From Parcubacteria group bacterium GW2011_GWA1_56_13 (GTDB lineage: Bacteria > Patescibacteriota > Minisyncoccia > Phycocordibacterales > Phycocordibacteraceae): DNA of 64,000 nucleotides. Within the stretch, counting starts at the first letter, position 1; each line of letters begins with the position of its first letter. Under the pieces are notes generated by a model that was not told the DNA's origin, did no database searches, and worked only from the letters and a program-made list of their open reading frames with translations. The translations under genes and the position numbers were made by a program. Shown here in pieces: positions 10,886 through 19,422 of the stretch. Location of the stretch: the NCBI GenBank assembly GCA_001004905.1, contig LCRY01000003.1:24830-88829 (forward strand), written 5' to 3'.

Positions 10886-11272
10886 GTGACGGAACAGGCG
10901 AAAAAGGTAGCGCTGGTAGAGGACGATCCGCTCATGTCGGGGATTCTTGCCACACAGCTTATCAGCAAGCAGTTCCAGGTCATTTCCATGAACGATGGGA
11001 CAAAGGCGTTCGAGCGCATCAAGGCCGAACAGCCCGACATCGTGCTGCTCGATATCATTCTCCCCGGAGTGAGCGGCTTCGACATCCTGGACCAGCTGAA
11101 GCGCGACGAATCGACGAGAGCGATTCCCGTACTCGTTCTGTCGAACCTGGGAAGCAGGGAGGATATTCAGCGGGGCATCAGCCTGGGCGCGGAGGGCTAC
11201 CTGGTCAAGGCGAACAACATGGTCGAGGACATAGTAAAGAAGGTCGGTGCCATTCTGGACAAGCCCCATTAA
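10886..11272 (+). CDS. Single-domain response regulator (CheY-like receiver).
   Basis: VALVEDDP...DIVLLDIILPGVSGFDIL...AIPVLVLSN...GAEGYLVK, with the receiver Asp and Lys motifs. Paralog of the receiver at 25559-25969. Confidence 0.8.
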   Translation: MTEQAKKVALVEDDPLMSGILATQLISKQFQVISMNDGTKAFERIKAEQPDIVLLDIILPGVSGFDILDQLKRDESTRAIPVLVLSNLGSREDIQRGISLGAEGYLVKANNMVEDIVKKVGAILDKPH

Positions 11273-11291
11273 CAGCCGTTAACAGAAAAAT

Positions 11292-11849
11292 ATGAACCTC
11301 ACAAAATTCATCCCCGTCTCGCTCATGGTCGCCGCATTTGCGGCCGCGTGGGTGCTTATCGGGCAGTATTACAACCTCGCGCTTTGGGTCCCGTTCATCA
11401 GCTGGCCGCTGTATTTCGTTTACGATCCCGACGCAACGAAGCTGAAGCGCATCCCGAAAGAGATCGTCGGCTTGCTCGGCGGCATAGTGTTCGGTTACGT
11501 GACGCTCTGGCTCGCTCCGCAGATAGGCAACGTCTCGGGCGCCACGTGGGCCCTGCCGCTCACGGTGTTCCTCGTCGCGTTCACCATAGTGATGCTCGAA
11601 CTCACGAACCTCTTCGAGCTCGCGCCCGCGTACTTCTTCTCCTACGCCGGATACTTCGCGTACGTATTTGGCGGATTCGCCGGCGCGTATTCGCTCGGTA
11701 CGGCGTTCCAGGCCATGCTTCCGTACGGAGCGCTCATCCTGGTCGGCCTGGCGATCGGCCTCGTAACGGCATACCTGCGCCGGATCATATTGCAGGCGGA
11801 AGGACTCTACGGCTTCGCGCAGAGGACCGTGTTCGACAAGGAGATCTAG
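11292..11849 (+). CDS. Hypothetical polytopic membrane protein.
   Basis: 185 aa, 4-5 TM helices. No family recognised. Confidence 0.45.
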   Translation: MNLTKFIPVSLMVAAFAAAWVLIGQYYNLALWVPFISWPLYFVYDPDATKLKRIPKEIVGLLGGIVFGYVTLWLAPQIGNVSGATWALPLTVFLVAFTIVMLELTNLFELAPAYFFSYAGYFAYVFGGFAGAYSLGTAFQAMLPYGALILVGLAIGLVTAYLRRIILQAEGLYGFAQRTVFDKEI

Positions 11850-11852
11850 CGC

Positions 11853-13553
11853 TTACTTCGCGGGTATCTTCTCCGAAAATGGCGGGAGGCAGACCGTAAA
11901 GGTCGTCCCGCTATTTTCTTTTGACGCGAAGCGGATGGTGCCGTGGTGATGCTCGACGATGTGCTTCGCGATATAGAGACCGAGGCCCGAACCCTCCGTC
12001 TCCCGCAAGAGCGCGTTCTTGGCGCGGAAGAACTTGTTGAATATGAACGGCTGGTCGCTTTCGGGGATGCCGATGCCGGTGTCGCGAACGTCGAGGCACA
12101 GCACATCCGGTTCCGACCGGAACGCAAGCGTGACCGTTCCCCCTTTCGGCGTGTACCGGACCGCATTATCAACCAAATTCCCGACGGCTACGCCTATCTT
12201 CTCGCGGTCGGCGCCGATCGGGGGCAGCGCACGGTCCGGTTCGGCGAAATGGAGCGCGATGCCGCGGCGTTGCGCGTCCTGTGTGAAAAGGGAGACGGTC
12301 TCCCTGGCGAGTGCGACCGGGTCGATCGGCGCGAACTCGTAGCCGAACTGGCCCTCCTCGATGCGGGACGCGTCGAGCAAGTCATTGGTGAGGCGTATGA
12401 GGCGTTCGTTCGTCCTGGATGTTTCCTCCAGTATATCCTTTTGGGTCGGCGTGAGCGCCTGTTCCTTCGAGAGCGCTTCGAGCGCCCATTTGATGCCGGC
12501 GAGCGGGGTGCGCATCTGGTGCGAAGCGATGGTGAGAAAGTGGGATTTCAACTGCTCGACCTCCCGCTCGCGAGTGACGTCGTGGAGCACTTGCACCGTA
12601 CCGATTTTCGTCCCGGCTTCGTCCCGGACGGGGATGCGGGTCACCAAAAGAACGAGCCGGTGCGGACCCTCCGTGGTGTATTCCTTATCCTCGTAATCGG
12701 ATTGGGGAAGGCCGTATATGGCATAGAGATTCTTGTGGTAAACATCGGCTGTCGCAAACGATGCGGCAGGGTGCTTTCCGATGACGTCCTTCGCCTTGAG
12801 CCACAACAGCTCCTCGGCTCTCGGGTTGAAAAAGGTGATGGTGCCGTCGAGGTCGTACATGATGAGGCCGTCGTTCAAACTTTGCACGATGGAGTGTGTC
12901 TTGAGGCGTTCCGCGCCGAGCTCGTCGAAGATGCGGCTGTTCTCCACGGCGGTCGCGGCCTGATTCGCGACGATGCCCGCGACGGTCATCTCGAACGGTC
13001 CGAATTCGTGCACACTGTCGTAGTAAATGCACATGCCGCCTATCATGCGGTCTTTTATCTTAAGCGGCATGCACATGAGCCCGTGGTACCCCTGCTTTTT
13101 GACCGCGGGAAGCCATGAGCGCGGAAGGCGCGGGTCTTTCTGGACGTTCGAGGTCGCCCATATCTTGCCGTTTTGCATGGCCCGACCCACCCACGCGCTA
13201 CCCAGAGGCAGCGGGTCCTTCTTCGAGTGGTCGATGTACTGCTGCTGCATGCCGTACGCCGCGCGGATATACACACCCTTCTTGTCCGGAGTAAAATTCC
13301 AGAAATTCACGTACCGCGCGTGAGTGGCCTGGCCGACGCTCTTAGCGATACCTTCGAGAATGGTGTCGACGCGCTTTTCGATGGCGAGGGATTGGGAGCT
13401 TTTCGCGAGCGCGGTGAGCAGGCGCTGACGTCCCGCCTGCTCGGCGGGCGTCAGATTGCGCTTGGTATCCGTGAATACGCCGGGAGTAAGGGAAAACGTG
13501 CGATATTCTTTTTTTCGTTTTGCCGACGCCACTGCCGCAATAGTATCACGCAC
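11853..13553 (-). CDS. Sensor histidine kinase with GAF and PAS domains.
   Basis: HisKA H-box (FLTIASHQMRTPL), N, G1 and G2 boxes (DNAVRYT...DTGIGIP...GSGLGLYI) of the ATPase domain, preceded by GAF/PAS-like regions. Confidence 0.8.
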   Translation of the reverse strand: MRDTIAAVASAKRKKEYRTFSLTPGVFTDTKRNLTPAEQAGRQRLLTALAKSSQSLAIEKRVDTILEGIAKSVGQATHARYVNFWNFTPDKKGVYIRAAYGMQQQYIDHSKKDPLPLGSAWVGRAMQNGKIWATSNVQKDPRLPRSWLPAVKKQGYHGLMCMPLKIKDRMIGGMCIYYDSVHEFGPFEMTVAGIVANQAATAVENSRIFDELGAERLKTHSIVQSLNDGLIMYDLDGTITFFNPRAEELLWLKAKDVIGKHPAASFATADVYHKNLYAIYGLPQSDYEDKEYTTEGPHRLVLLVTRIPVRDEAGTKIGTVQVLHDVTREREVEQLKSHFLTIASHQMRTPLAGIKWALEALSKEQALTPTQKDILEETSRTNERLIRLTNDLLDASRIEEGQFGYEFAPIDPVALARETVSLFTQDAQRRGIALHFAEPDRALPPIGADREKIGVAVGNLVDNAVRYTPKGGTVTLAFRSEPDVLCLDVRDTGIGIPESDQPFIFNKFFRAKNALLRETEGSGLGLYIAKHIVEHHHGTIRFASKENSGTTFTVCLPPFSEKIPAK

Positions 13554-13647
13554 GTGTTTTACACAGGGGGCCCGCGTGCGGCCCGAAAACGGGTCATACT
13601 ATACGGAGCGGACCACCACCCCCGCTTTAACCATCTCATTCATCCGC

Positions 13648-13878
13648 ATGAAATTACATGCAATAGAGTTCATCCTCGTCATTGTCGGCGCCCTCAACTG
13701 GGGTCTCGTCGGCATCGGGGGCTTCCTGGGCGGCAACTGGAACGTCGTGAACCTCATCCTCGGCGGCTGGCCGCAGGTCGAGTGGATCGTCTACATCCTT
13801 GTCGGCCTCTCGGCCGTCGGCCTCATGTTTGGCCATAAAAAAGAGTGCCGTTCCTGCAACCCGTCGGGAATGATGTAA
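13648..13878 (+). CDS. DUF378-family small membrane protein.
   Basis: MKLHAIEFILVIVGALNWGLVGIGGFLGGNWNVVNLILGG...; start refined to the internal ATG at 13648. Confidence 0.55.
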   Translation: MKLHAIEFILVIVGALNWGLVGIGGFLGGNWNVVNLILGGWPQVEWIVYILVGLSAVGLMFGHKKECRSCNPSGMM

Positions 13879-14265
13879 GTGCGCGCCTCGCGCAGTTGAA
13901 GAACCGCCGACGCTTCGCGTCGGCGGTTTTTGTGTGCGGAGGGGGAGGGAACGCGATTACGCTTTCGAAACCTACAGTTTCAGTACACCTTGCGGATAGT
14001 TCGCTTCAGGAAATCGCGAACTATGCTCGCAAGGTCTTCGAATCCCCCACGTCCTGCCCCCGGCAGGACTCCCCCGCAGTTTCGCTGCGCTCGTTGCGGG
14101 GACGATACCCGGAACTTTGAACTAAAAACATGGCTCACATTCGAGAATCTTGATAAAAGTATACGCGAATTGAGAGCTATGTTCAAGCAACACCCTCAAT
14201 GGTTTGAGGTGCCTAAACCAAAGTCAGACAAGGGTAAAAACGTGGTTAATTATTCTGTTTGAACA

Positions 14266-14784
14266 TTACATCTGACTTTTTGCTTCCTCGTTCTTCTGTT
14301 TCGCTTTTCTCAAAATAGAAACTAATATCTTGGTATATTCTTTTATCCGTGTGTGCTCTTGATTGTCCACATTACGCATTACATCATCTAGAAAATCGTA
14401 TCTAATTTTCGTGAAATTTTCTATATAAACTTCTTTGTCGTCAGTAGTGATAATTTTATATTGGCTACCATCTTCGGTTATTTCCTTTACATCCAACTCT
14501 TCCAAGTTGGTTACGAGTGCTCCCTTTATTGTTGTTATATCGTGTCCTAACTCTCTTAACCTGTCATTGAGGGCTTTTTTATCGGAAAAACTGTTTAGCA
14601 TTACTACCCTGGATTTTAAAATAAGTTCAAAGTTATGGGATAACAAAATATAGAATGACCTTAGATAAGCTATGTCAGTCACATTATTCATTACTCTAGA
14701 TAAAGAATCTTCTATAAACGAAAGTCCTGTAGAAGCTACACTTGTGAGAGCATAAGCATATTTATGTTTTTCTAAGGGTGTCAT
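14266..14784 (-). CDS. Hypothetical protein encoded in the AT-rich islet.
   Basis: 172 aa, K/E/D-rich, with no recognisable family. Composition differs sharply from the flanking high-GC DNA. Confidence 0.45.
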   Translation of the reverse strand: MTPLEKHKYAYALTSVASTGLSFIEDSLSRVMNNVTDIAYLRSFYILLSHNFELILKSRVVMLNSFSDKKALNDRLRELGHDITTIKGALVTNLEELDVKEITEDGSQYKIITTDDKEVYIENFTKIRYDFLDDVMRNVDNQEHTRIKEYTKILVSILRKAKQKNEEAKSQM

Positions 14785-14789
14785 ATTTA

Positions 14790-16052
14790 TTAATTAATAT
14801 CCTTCCTAAACTGTTTTCCTTCGAAGTTTACCAGCTCGACCACTTTGTAGGCTTTCTGTCGTGCCCCATCGAGACTGCTCCCAGAAGCGCTAACTCCAAA
14901 TACTCTGCCGCCATTGGTTACAATCTTTCCATCTTCAGATTTTGTACCTGCATGAAAGACAACTACATCGTCAATATTTTCCGCTTTGGCGATACCGGTG
15001 ATTGGTAACCCCTTCGGATACTTCCCCGGATAACCTGGTGAAGCCAGTACGACGCAACAAGCTGACTTAGATTCCCATTCAATCTGGGTCGAAGATAATT
15101 TTCCTTCAACACAAGCCAGCAAAATCTCGACGAGATCAGTCTTGAGAATCCGCATGTAAGACTGAGTTTCCGGATCTCCAAAGCGGACATTAAACTCCAA
15201 TACCTTTGGTCCCTCTTTGGTGAGCATGATGCCAGGAAAGAGGACGCCTTTAAACGGTCGGCCCATTCTTTTGAGCTCTTGGAGAATCGGCATAACAATC
15301 TCTTGCTTTATTTGGTCCAAAACATTCTTAGAAACTCCTGGCACAGGTGCAATCGTCCCCATGCCACCCGTATTCGGCCCTTTGTCGTTGTCAAAAATTC
15401 TTTTGTGATCTTGCGCGGATGGGAACATGACCGCCGTCTCTCCATCACAGAAGGCGTGGGTTGAGATCTCTTCGCCTTGCAGAAATTCTTCGATAATTAC
15501 CGTCTCACCAGCAGCTCCAAAGGTCTTTTGAGTCATCATTTCTTCCAAAGCCTGTTCGGCTTCTTCTTGCGTTTGTGCAATAACCACGCCCTTACCCAAA
15601 GCAAGACCACAAGCTTTTATGACCAGAGGATATTCATGATCTCGTATATATTCCTTCGCTTTTTCTATATCAGTAAAAGTCTTAGACTTTGCCGTCGGGA
15701 TATTAAGACGCTCAAGCAAATCTTTAGCAAAAGATTTCGACCATTCTATTTCAGCAGCTTCTTTGGTTGGGCCGAAAACTTTTATCTTTTCGCCCTGAAG
15801 CGAATTCACAATACCTAACGCTAGGGCGTCATCAGGACCGACAACTACCAAGTTTATTTCTTTCTTTTTTACGCACTCAATAATGGCCTGATGGTCTGAA
15901 ATGTCGACCGATATATTTTCTCCCAACTCGGCAGTTCCTGGATTGCCAGGGGCAGTAAATATTTTCTTAACCCTTGGGGACTGCTTTAACTTCCACGCAA
16001 GAGCGTGTTCTCGTCCACCGGAACCAATGACTAAAATGTTCATATTTTTCAT
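14790..16052 (-). CDS. purD: Phosphoribosylamine--glycine ligase (GAR synthetase, ATP-grasp).
   Basis: MNILVIGSGGREHALAWKL...NTGGMGTIAPVP... Start refined to MKNMNIL (cat at 16050-16052). The upstream in-frame extension is antisense to the tRNA (the GFESLP motif). Confidence 0.9.
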   Translation of the reverse strand: MKNMNILVIGSGGREHALAWKLKQSPRVKKIFTAPGNPGTAELGENISVDISDHQAIIECVKKKEINLVVVGPDDALALGIVNSLQGEKIKVFGPTKEAAEIEWSKSFAKDLLERLNIPTAKSKTFTDIEKAKEYIRDHEYPLVIKACGLALGKGVVIAQTQEEAEQALEEMMTQKTFGAAGETVIIEEFLQGEEISTHAFCDGETAVMFPSAQDHKRIFDNDKGPNTGGMGTIAPVPGVSKNVLDQIKQEIVMPILQELKRMGRPFKGVLFPGIMLTKEGPKVLEFNVRFGDPETQSYMRILKTDLVEILLACVEGKLSSTQIEWESKSACCVVLASPGYPGKYPKGLPITGIAKAENIDDVVVFHAGTKSEDGKIVTNGGRVFGVSASGSSLDGARQKAYKVVELVNFEGKQFRKDIN

Positions 16053-16071
16053 AGGTTCAAAGTTGCCAATC

Positions 16072-16163
16072 TGGCGGAGGGGGAGGGATTCGAACCCTCG
16101 ATGCGGTTTTATCCGCATAGCGAGTTAGCAACCCGCCGCACTAGGCCTCTATGCGACCCCTCC
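16072..16163 (-). tRNA. tRNA-Ser (anticodon GCT), class II with a long variable arm.
   Basis: Hand-folded: acceptor GGAGGGG/CCCCTCC; D stem CGCA/TGCG; anticodon stem GCGGG/CTCGC with loop TTGCTAA; variable-arm hairpin ATGCGG-ATAA-AACCGCAT; T arm GAGGG-TTCGAAT-CCCTC; encoded CCA. Confidence 0.8.
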
Positions 16164-16263
16164 CTGCCTGCGCAGGCAGGCGTATGAAGAACCTTAGCAA
16201 ATTTTGTGGGAGACGGCGAATGAAAAACGGCGGCCCGCGCGTTGCGCGGGCCGGAGCCGGAAT

Positions 16264-16683
16264 TCAGCTTGTCTTTCGGAGTTTGGGAGGAACGACGCCG
16301 TAATCGGAGAGCGGTTTCAGTTCGCTGCACGGTCCGAAGGGATTTGCGACCGAAAGTTGGTTCGTTTCGAGCGCCCGTATCGTTGCTTGCCGGTTCATCC
16401 GGTAGAGCTCCTCGATGAACGATATATAGTACCTTTCGACGCTGTCGAGCGCGGCTCCTTGGACGCCAGCCGGTAGTCCGTTGGACTTGCGTATTGTACG
16501 TTTGCACTCTCCACGCAAATCCTGGATTATCTCGGTAAACGGGTAGTCCAGTCGCCGGGCGAGCTGGTCGTCGATGCTTCTGCCGAGATCGATTCGATTC
16601 CTGATGTCACGCACCGCGTTCAGCACTGCCCCGAAGAGCAGAGCAAGCAGGACACCGGCCAACACCAGCTTCCATGGTTCCAT
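16264..16683 (-). CDS. Hypothetical membrane-anchored protein.
   Basis: N-terminal TM helix (LVLAGVLLALLFGAVL) followed by a soluble domain. Confidence 0.4.
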   Translation of the reverse strand: MEPWKLVLAGVLLALLFGAVLNAVRDIRNRIDLGRSIDDQLARRLDYPFTEIIQDLRGECKRTIRKSNGLPAGVQGAALDSVERYYISFIEELYRMNRQATIRALETNQLSVANPFGPCSELKPLSDYGVVPPKLRKTS

Positions 16684-16754
16684 CTGGAACTCCTTCTCCT
16701 GTGGTTGTCGGAACGCTTCTGCCGCAATAATTTACCTATTTCCTAAAAAGTCAA

Positions 16755-16865
16755 CCCGCCGCACCAGGTCACGCGTCATTTTCTGCTGAAAATGCGCGCG
16801 ACCCCGCCTCGCTCCGTCGAGCTCCGGCCCTTCGAACCTCCGGTTCGAAGCTCTATGCGACCCCT
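16755..16865 (-). pseudogene. tRNA-Ser 5'-half-like fragment interrupted by a ~70-nt insert.
   Basis: On the minus strand it reads GGAGGGGTCGCATAGAG-[70 nt]-TGGTGCGGCGGGTTGAC. This matches the first ~35 nt of the tRNA-Ser at 16072-16163 (ctctatgcgacccctcc and caacccgccgcac are repeated). Confidence 0.45.
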
Positions 16866-17171
16866 CCGTATTACGCCACAGTATCAAATTTCGCGTTTAA
16901 GGGCGAGCCCGGAACGCTTGCCAAAAAAATTTCTGAGCGCTAGGTTAAGGGTAGGTCGTCTCTCACCTGCCGGTCGTCGGACATTCCTTATCCGTGGCCG
17001 GTAGAGGGCGCCTGTATGCCATCGCTCGCTCGCCCGGCGACATTGCCCCGCCGCAGAGTGTGGTAAAGCGATGGGACCTGCGGGGGTGCCCACAAAGCTT
17101 TCCCCGCACCTATGCCAAAGTCATGCCTCCGGCATGACTTTCTTTTTTACCATCCGAAGGGAGCGAGTTCA

Positions 17172-17201
17172 GAAAAAGCGCCTTTGACAGGCGCTTTTTG
17201 C
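17172..17201. terminator. Bidirectional intrinsic terminator.
   Basis: aaaaagcgcctttgacaggcgctttttg: a GC hairpin flanked by A- and T-tracts. Confidence 0.6.
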
Positions 17202-17218
17202 TGCCGGGATATGAACCA

Positions 17219-17884
17219 CTACGGAGTCGTAAACGTCGCGGGCATGGTCACCGATACATTCTGCGATGTATCCAAGGACGTAAGGTTGTAGTAGTACGTC
17301 TGGCGCGAGCCGAGTCCGCTCACGACGAGCGAATGGTTCAAGCCCGGCGAGGATTCGGCGAGCACGAAGCCGCTTGTTGTCGGCTCGGTCTTCGGCGCCG
17401 TCGCCTCCGACATAACCAACGCCCCGGTGCTCCAGTGCACTTTGCCGATCGCCGGTTCGTTCGTCGTCCAGGAGATAGTCGCAGTCGTCGGGTTCGTAGC
17501 GACCGCCACATTGCTCATCATCGGCGAGTCCACATCGATGGTCACCGCACCGCTATTGATGATGGCATTCAGTTTCGCGCGCGTGAGCGGTCCCACGCGT
17601 CCCACCGGCGGGAGATTATTTTGGAGCTGGAACTGAATGACGGCCATTCGGGTCAGGGGGCCATAGTAGCCGGTCACGAGCGCCGCGGGGTAGAGCGCAG
17701 GACTCGACGCAAGCAGGGTTTGAAGCGTCGAAACGTCCGTGCCGGTCGAACCGAAATCAAGCTGACGGGTGATCGGCATGAGCGTCGCCGCTTGTGCGCG
17801 CGGAAGCGCCATCGACACTAGTCCCACGGCAAACAGGAGGGCGAACACAGCACCGACGAACCAATACATAGTTCTCGTGTTCAT
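17219..17884 (-). CDS. Secreted protein with a peptidoglycan-binding domain and Ig/FN3-like beta-domains.
   Basis: Signal peptide (MYWFVGAVFALLFAVGLVSMALPRAQA). PG-binding-domain-1 motif LQTLLASSPALYPAALVTGYYGPLTRMAVIQFQ. Confidence 0.6.
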   Translation of the reverse strand: MNTRTMYWFVGAVFALLFAVGLVSMALPRAQAATLMPITRQLDFGSTGTDVSTLQTLLASSPALYPAALVTGYYGPLTRMAVIQFQLQNNLPPVGRVGPLTRAKLNAIINSGAVTIDVDSPMMSNVAVATNPTTATISWTTNEPAIGKVHWSTGALVMSEATAPKTEPTTSGFVLAESSPGLNHSLVVSGLGSRQTYYYNLTSLDTSQNVSVTMPATFTTP

Positions 17885-18164
17885 GGGATTCTTAATTGCC
17901 AATTACGGATAAGGAGGCCGTGGTGAGGCCTGTATGAAAGACGCTGTTGAGACACGGCGCTTACGGCCGCGCATCGGCCGGCGCCCAAGCACGTCGCGCC
18001 GGCACTCTTCATGAGGAAATCATGGTCGCAAAGCTATCCTTCGAAGGAGGGTTTTCGGCGCGTCTTGCGTCTATCAGCCCCAGTAAGAAACGATGAGGGA
18101 CACTCGTCTATATTATTGTGCAGTCCTAATTTTTATGTCCTATTATATGATGTACATGCCACAC

Positions 18165-18815
18165 ATGAAGTACGTATTCGTTCGCGTGGTAGTCGCGCTC
18201 TTAGGAGCGCCGCTGCTACTTGCGCCGGCAGTGGCGTACGCCGAGACGGCGCCGTCTTTGACCGCTGATGCCGGCATAGGCGTTTCGGCCACTGCCTCTG
18301 CGGCAAATGCGGAAGTTACCGTTTTCACGCGCGAGAACGTGCGGGCGCAGCCCGACGCGAACGGCAACAGCACATCGACCGCGGCGCGAGAAGCGGCATT
18401 CGGCACGGCGGTGTCCGCCGAAGCGAAGCTTCTGCGTACGCGCGCGGCGGCAATTCTCGACAGCGACGCGAAAGTATCCGCAGTCGGATTTTCCGCGCAG
18501 GAGGTCTCGCTTGAGTACCGCCAGCCGGCCAGACTGTTCGGATTCGTTCCCGTCCTCATACCGGTCGCGGTTACGGTAAACGCTTCCGGTACCGCGACGG
18601 TACGGTATCCGTGGTATCGATTCCTACTTGCCGGAGACGAAGCGGGCCTCGCGGTAAAAGCGCAGGCCGCGGTCGACAGGGAATTCGGTACAGCCGGCGT
18701 GGCCGCAGAGGCGGGCTTCTCGGCGGCTATGCAGGCGCGTCTCCTTGATTCGCTTCACGCGACGATGGAGAATGAGTTCGGGACAGAAGGGTCCGTGGAC
18801 GCTTCGTCCCAATAA
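18165..18815 (+). CDS. Hypothetical secreted Ala-rich protein.
   Basis: Signal peptide MKYVFVRVVVALLGAPLLLAPAVAYA. Start refined to ATG 18165. Confidence 0.4.
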   Translation: MKYVFVRVVVALLGAPLLLAPAVAYAETAPSLTADAGIGVSATASAANAEVTVFTRENVRAQPDANGNSTSTAAREAAFGTAVSAEAKLLRTRAAAILDSDAKVSAVGFSAQEVSLEYRQPARLFGFVPVLIPVAVTVNASGTATVRYPWYRFLLAGDEAGLAVKAQAAVDREFGTAGVAAEAGFSAAMQARLLDSLHATMENEFGTEGSVDASSQ

Positions 18816-18876
18816 TTATTCTGTGGGCACCTCTCTCACATTGGAGCGTCGCACATTGGGGGATGCGCGAGCACGC

Positions 18877-19422
18877 GTGTCGCATGAGCCCGTTCCTCAT
18901 GAGAACGAATTCATCGGCGCGTTCGACGTGCACGCCGATGCGCTCTTTCGCCACGCCTATTTCCGCATTTCGAACCGCGAACGCGCGCTTGATCTCACCC
19001 AGGAGACCTTCATCAAGGCGTGGGAATATGTGCGCGGCGGCGACGAGATACGCCACTGGAAAAGTTTTCTCTACCGCGTTCTGAACAACCTCATCATTGA
19101 CGAATACCGCCGCAAGAAGGAACAGTCGCTTGACGCGCTCTTCGCGGACGACCCCGTGCGCGCGGAGGAGTCCATCGCGGTCGATGGTCGCGGCGAGATG
19201 GAAGACCGGCTCGACGAGGAACTGCTTCTCGCGCAGATGCGGTCGCTCATACTCGCCCTGCCCGAACGTCACCGGACCGTGCTCACTCTGCGCTACATCG
19301 ACGGTTTCTCGCTCGGAGAGATCGCGCGGACGCTCGGAACCTCGGAAAACGTCATATCGGTGCGCGTTCACCGGGCCACCGCGCGCCTGAGGAAGCTTTG
19401 CAATCAACTGAATACCCTATGA
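18877..19422 (+). CDS. ECF-type RNA polymerase sigma factor (sigma-70 family, regions 2 and 4).
   Basis: Region 2 (FRHAYFRISNRERALDLTQETFIKAWE). Region 4 HTH (LPERHRTVLTLRYIDGFSLGEIARTLGTSENVISVRVHRATARLR). Start probably the GTG at 18877; the ORF is open from 18745. Confidence 0.7.
   Translation: MSHEPVPHENEFIGAFDVHADALFRHAYFRISNRERALDLTQETFIKAWEYVRGGDEIRHWKSFLYRVLNNLIIDEYRRKKEQSLDALFADDPVRAEESIAVDGRGEMEDRLDEELLLAQMRSLILALPERHRTVLTLRYIDGFSLGEIARTLGTSENVISVRVHRATARLRKLCNQLNTL

Noticed and set aside
13930-14262. 110-aa ORF running from high-GC DNA into the AT-rich islet.
   Set aside because: There is no ATG in the AT-rich portion, and the high-GC portion lies in a non-coding spacer. It could hide a short TTG/GTG-initiated gene, but the evidence is insufficient.
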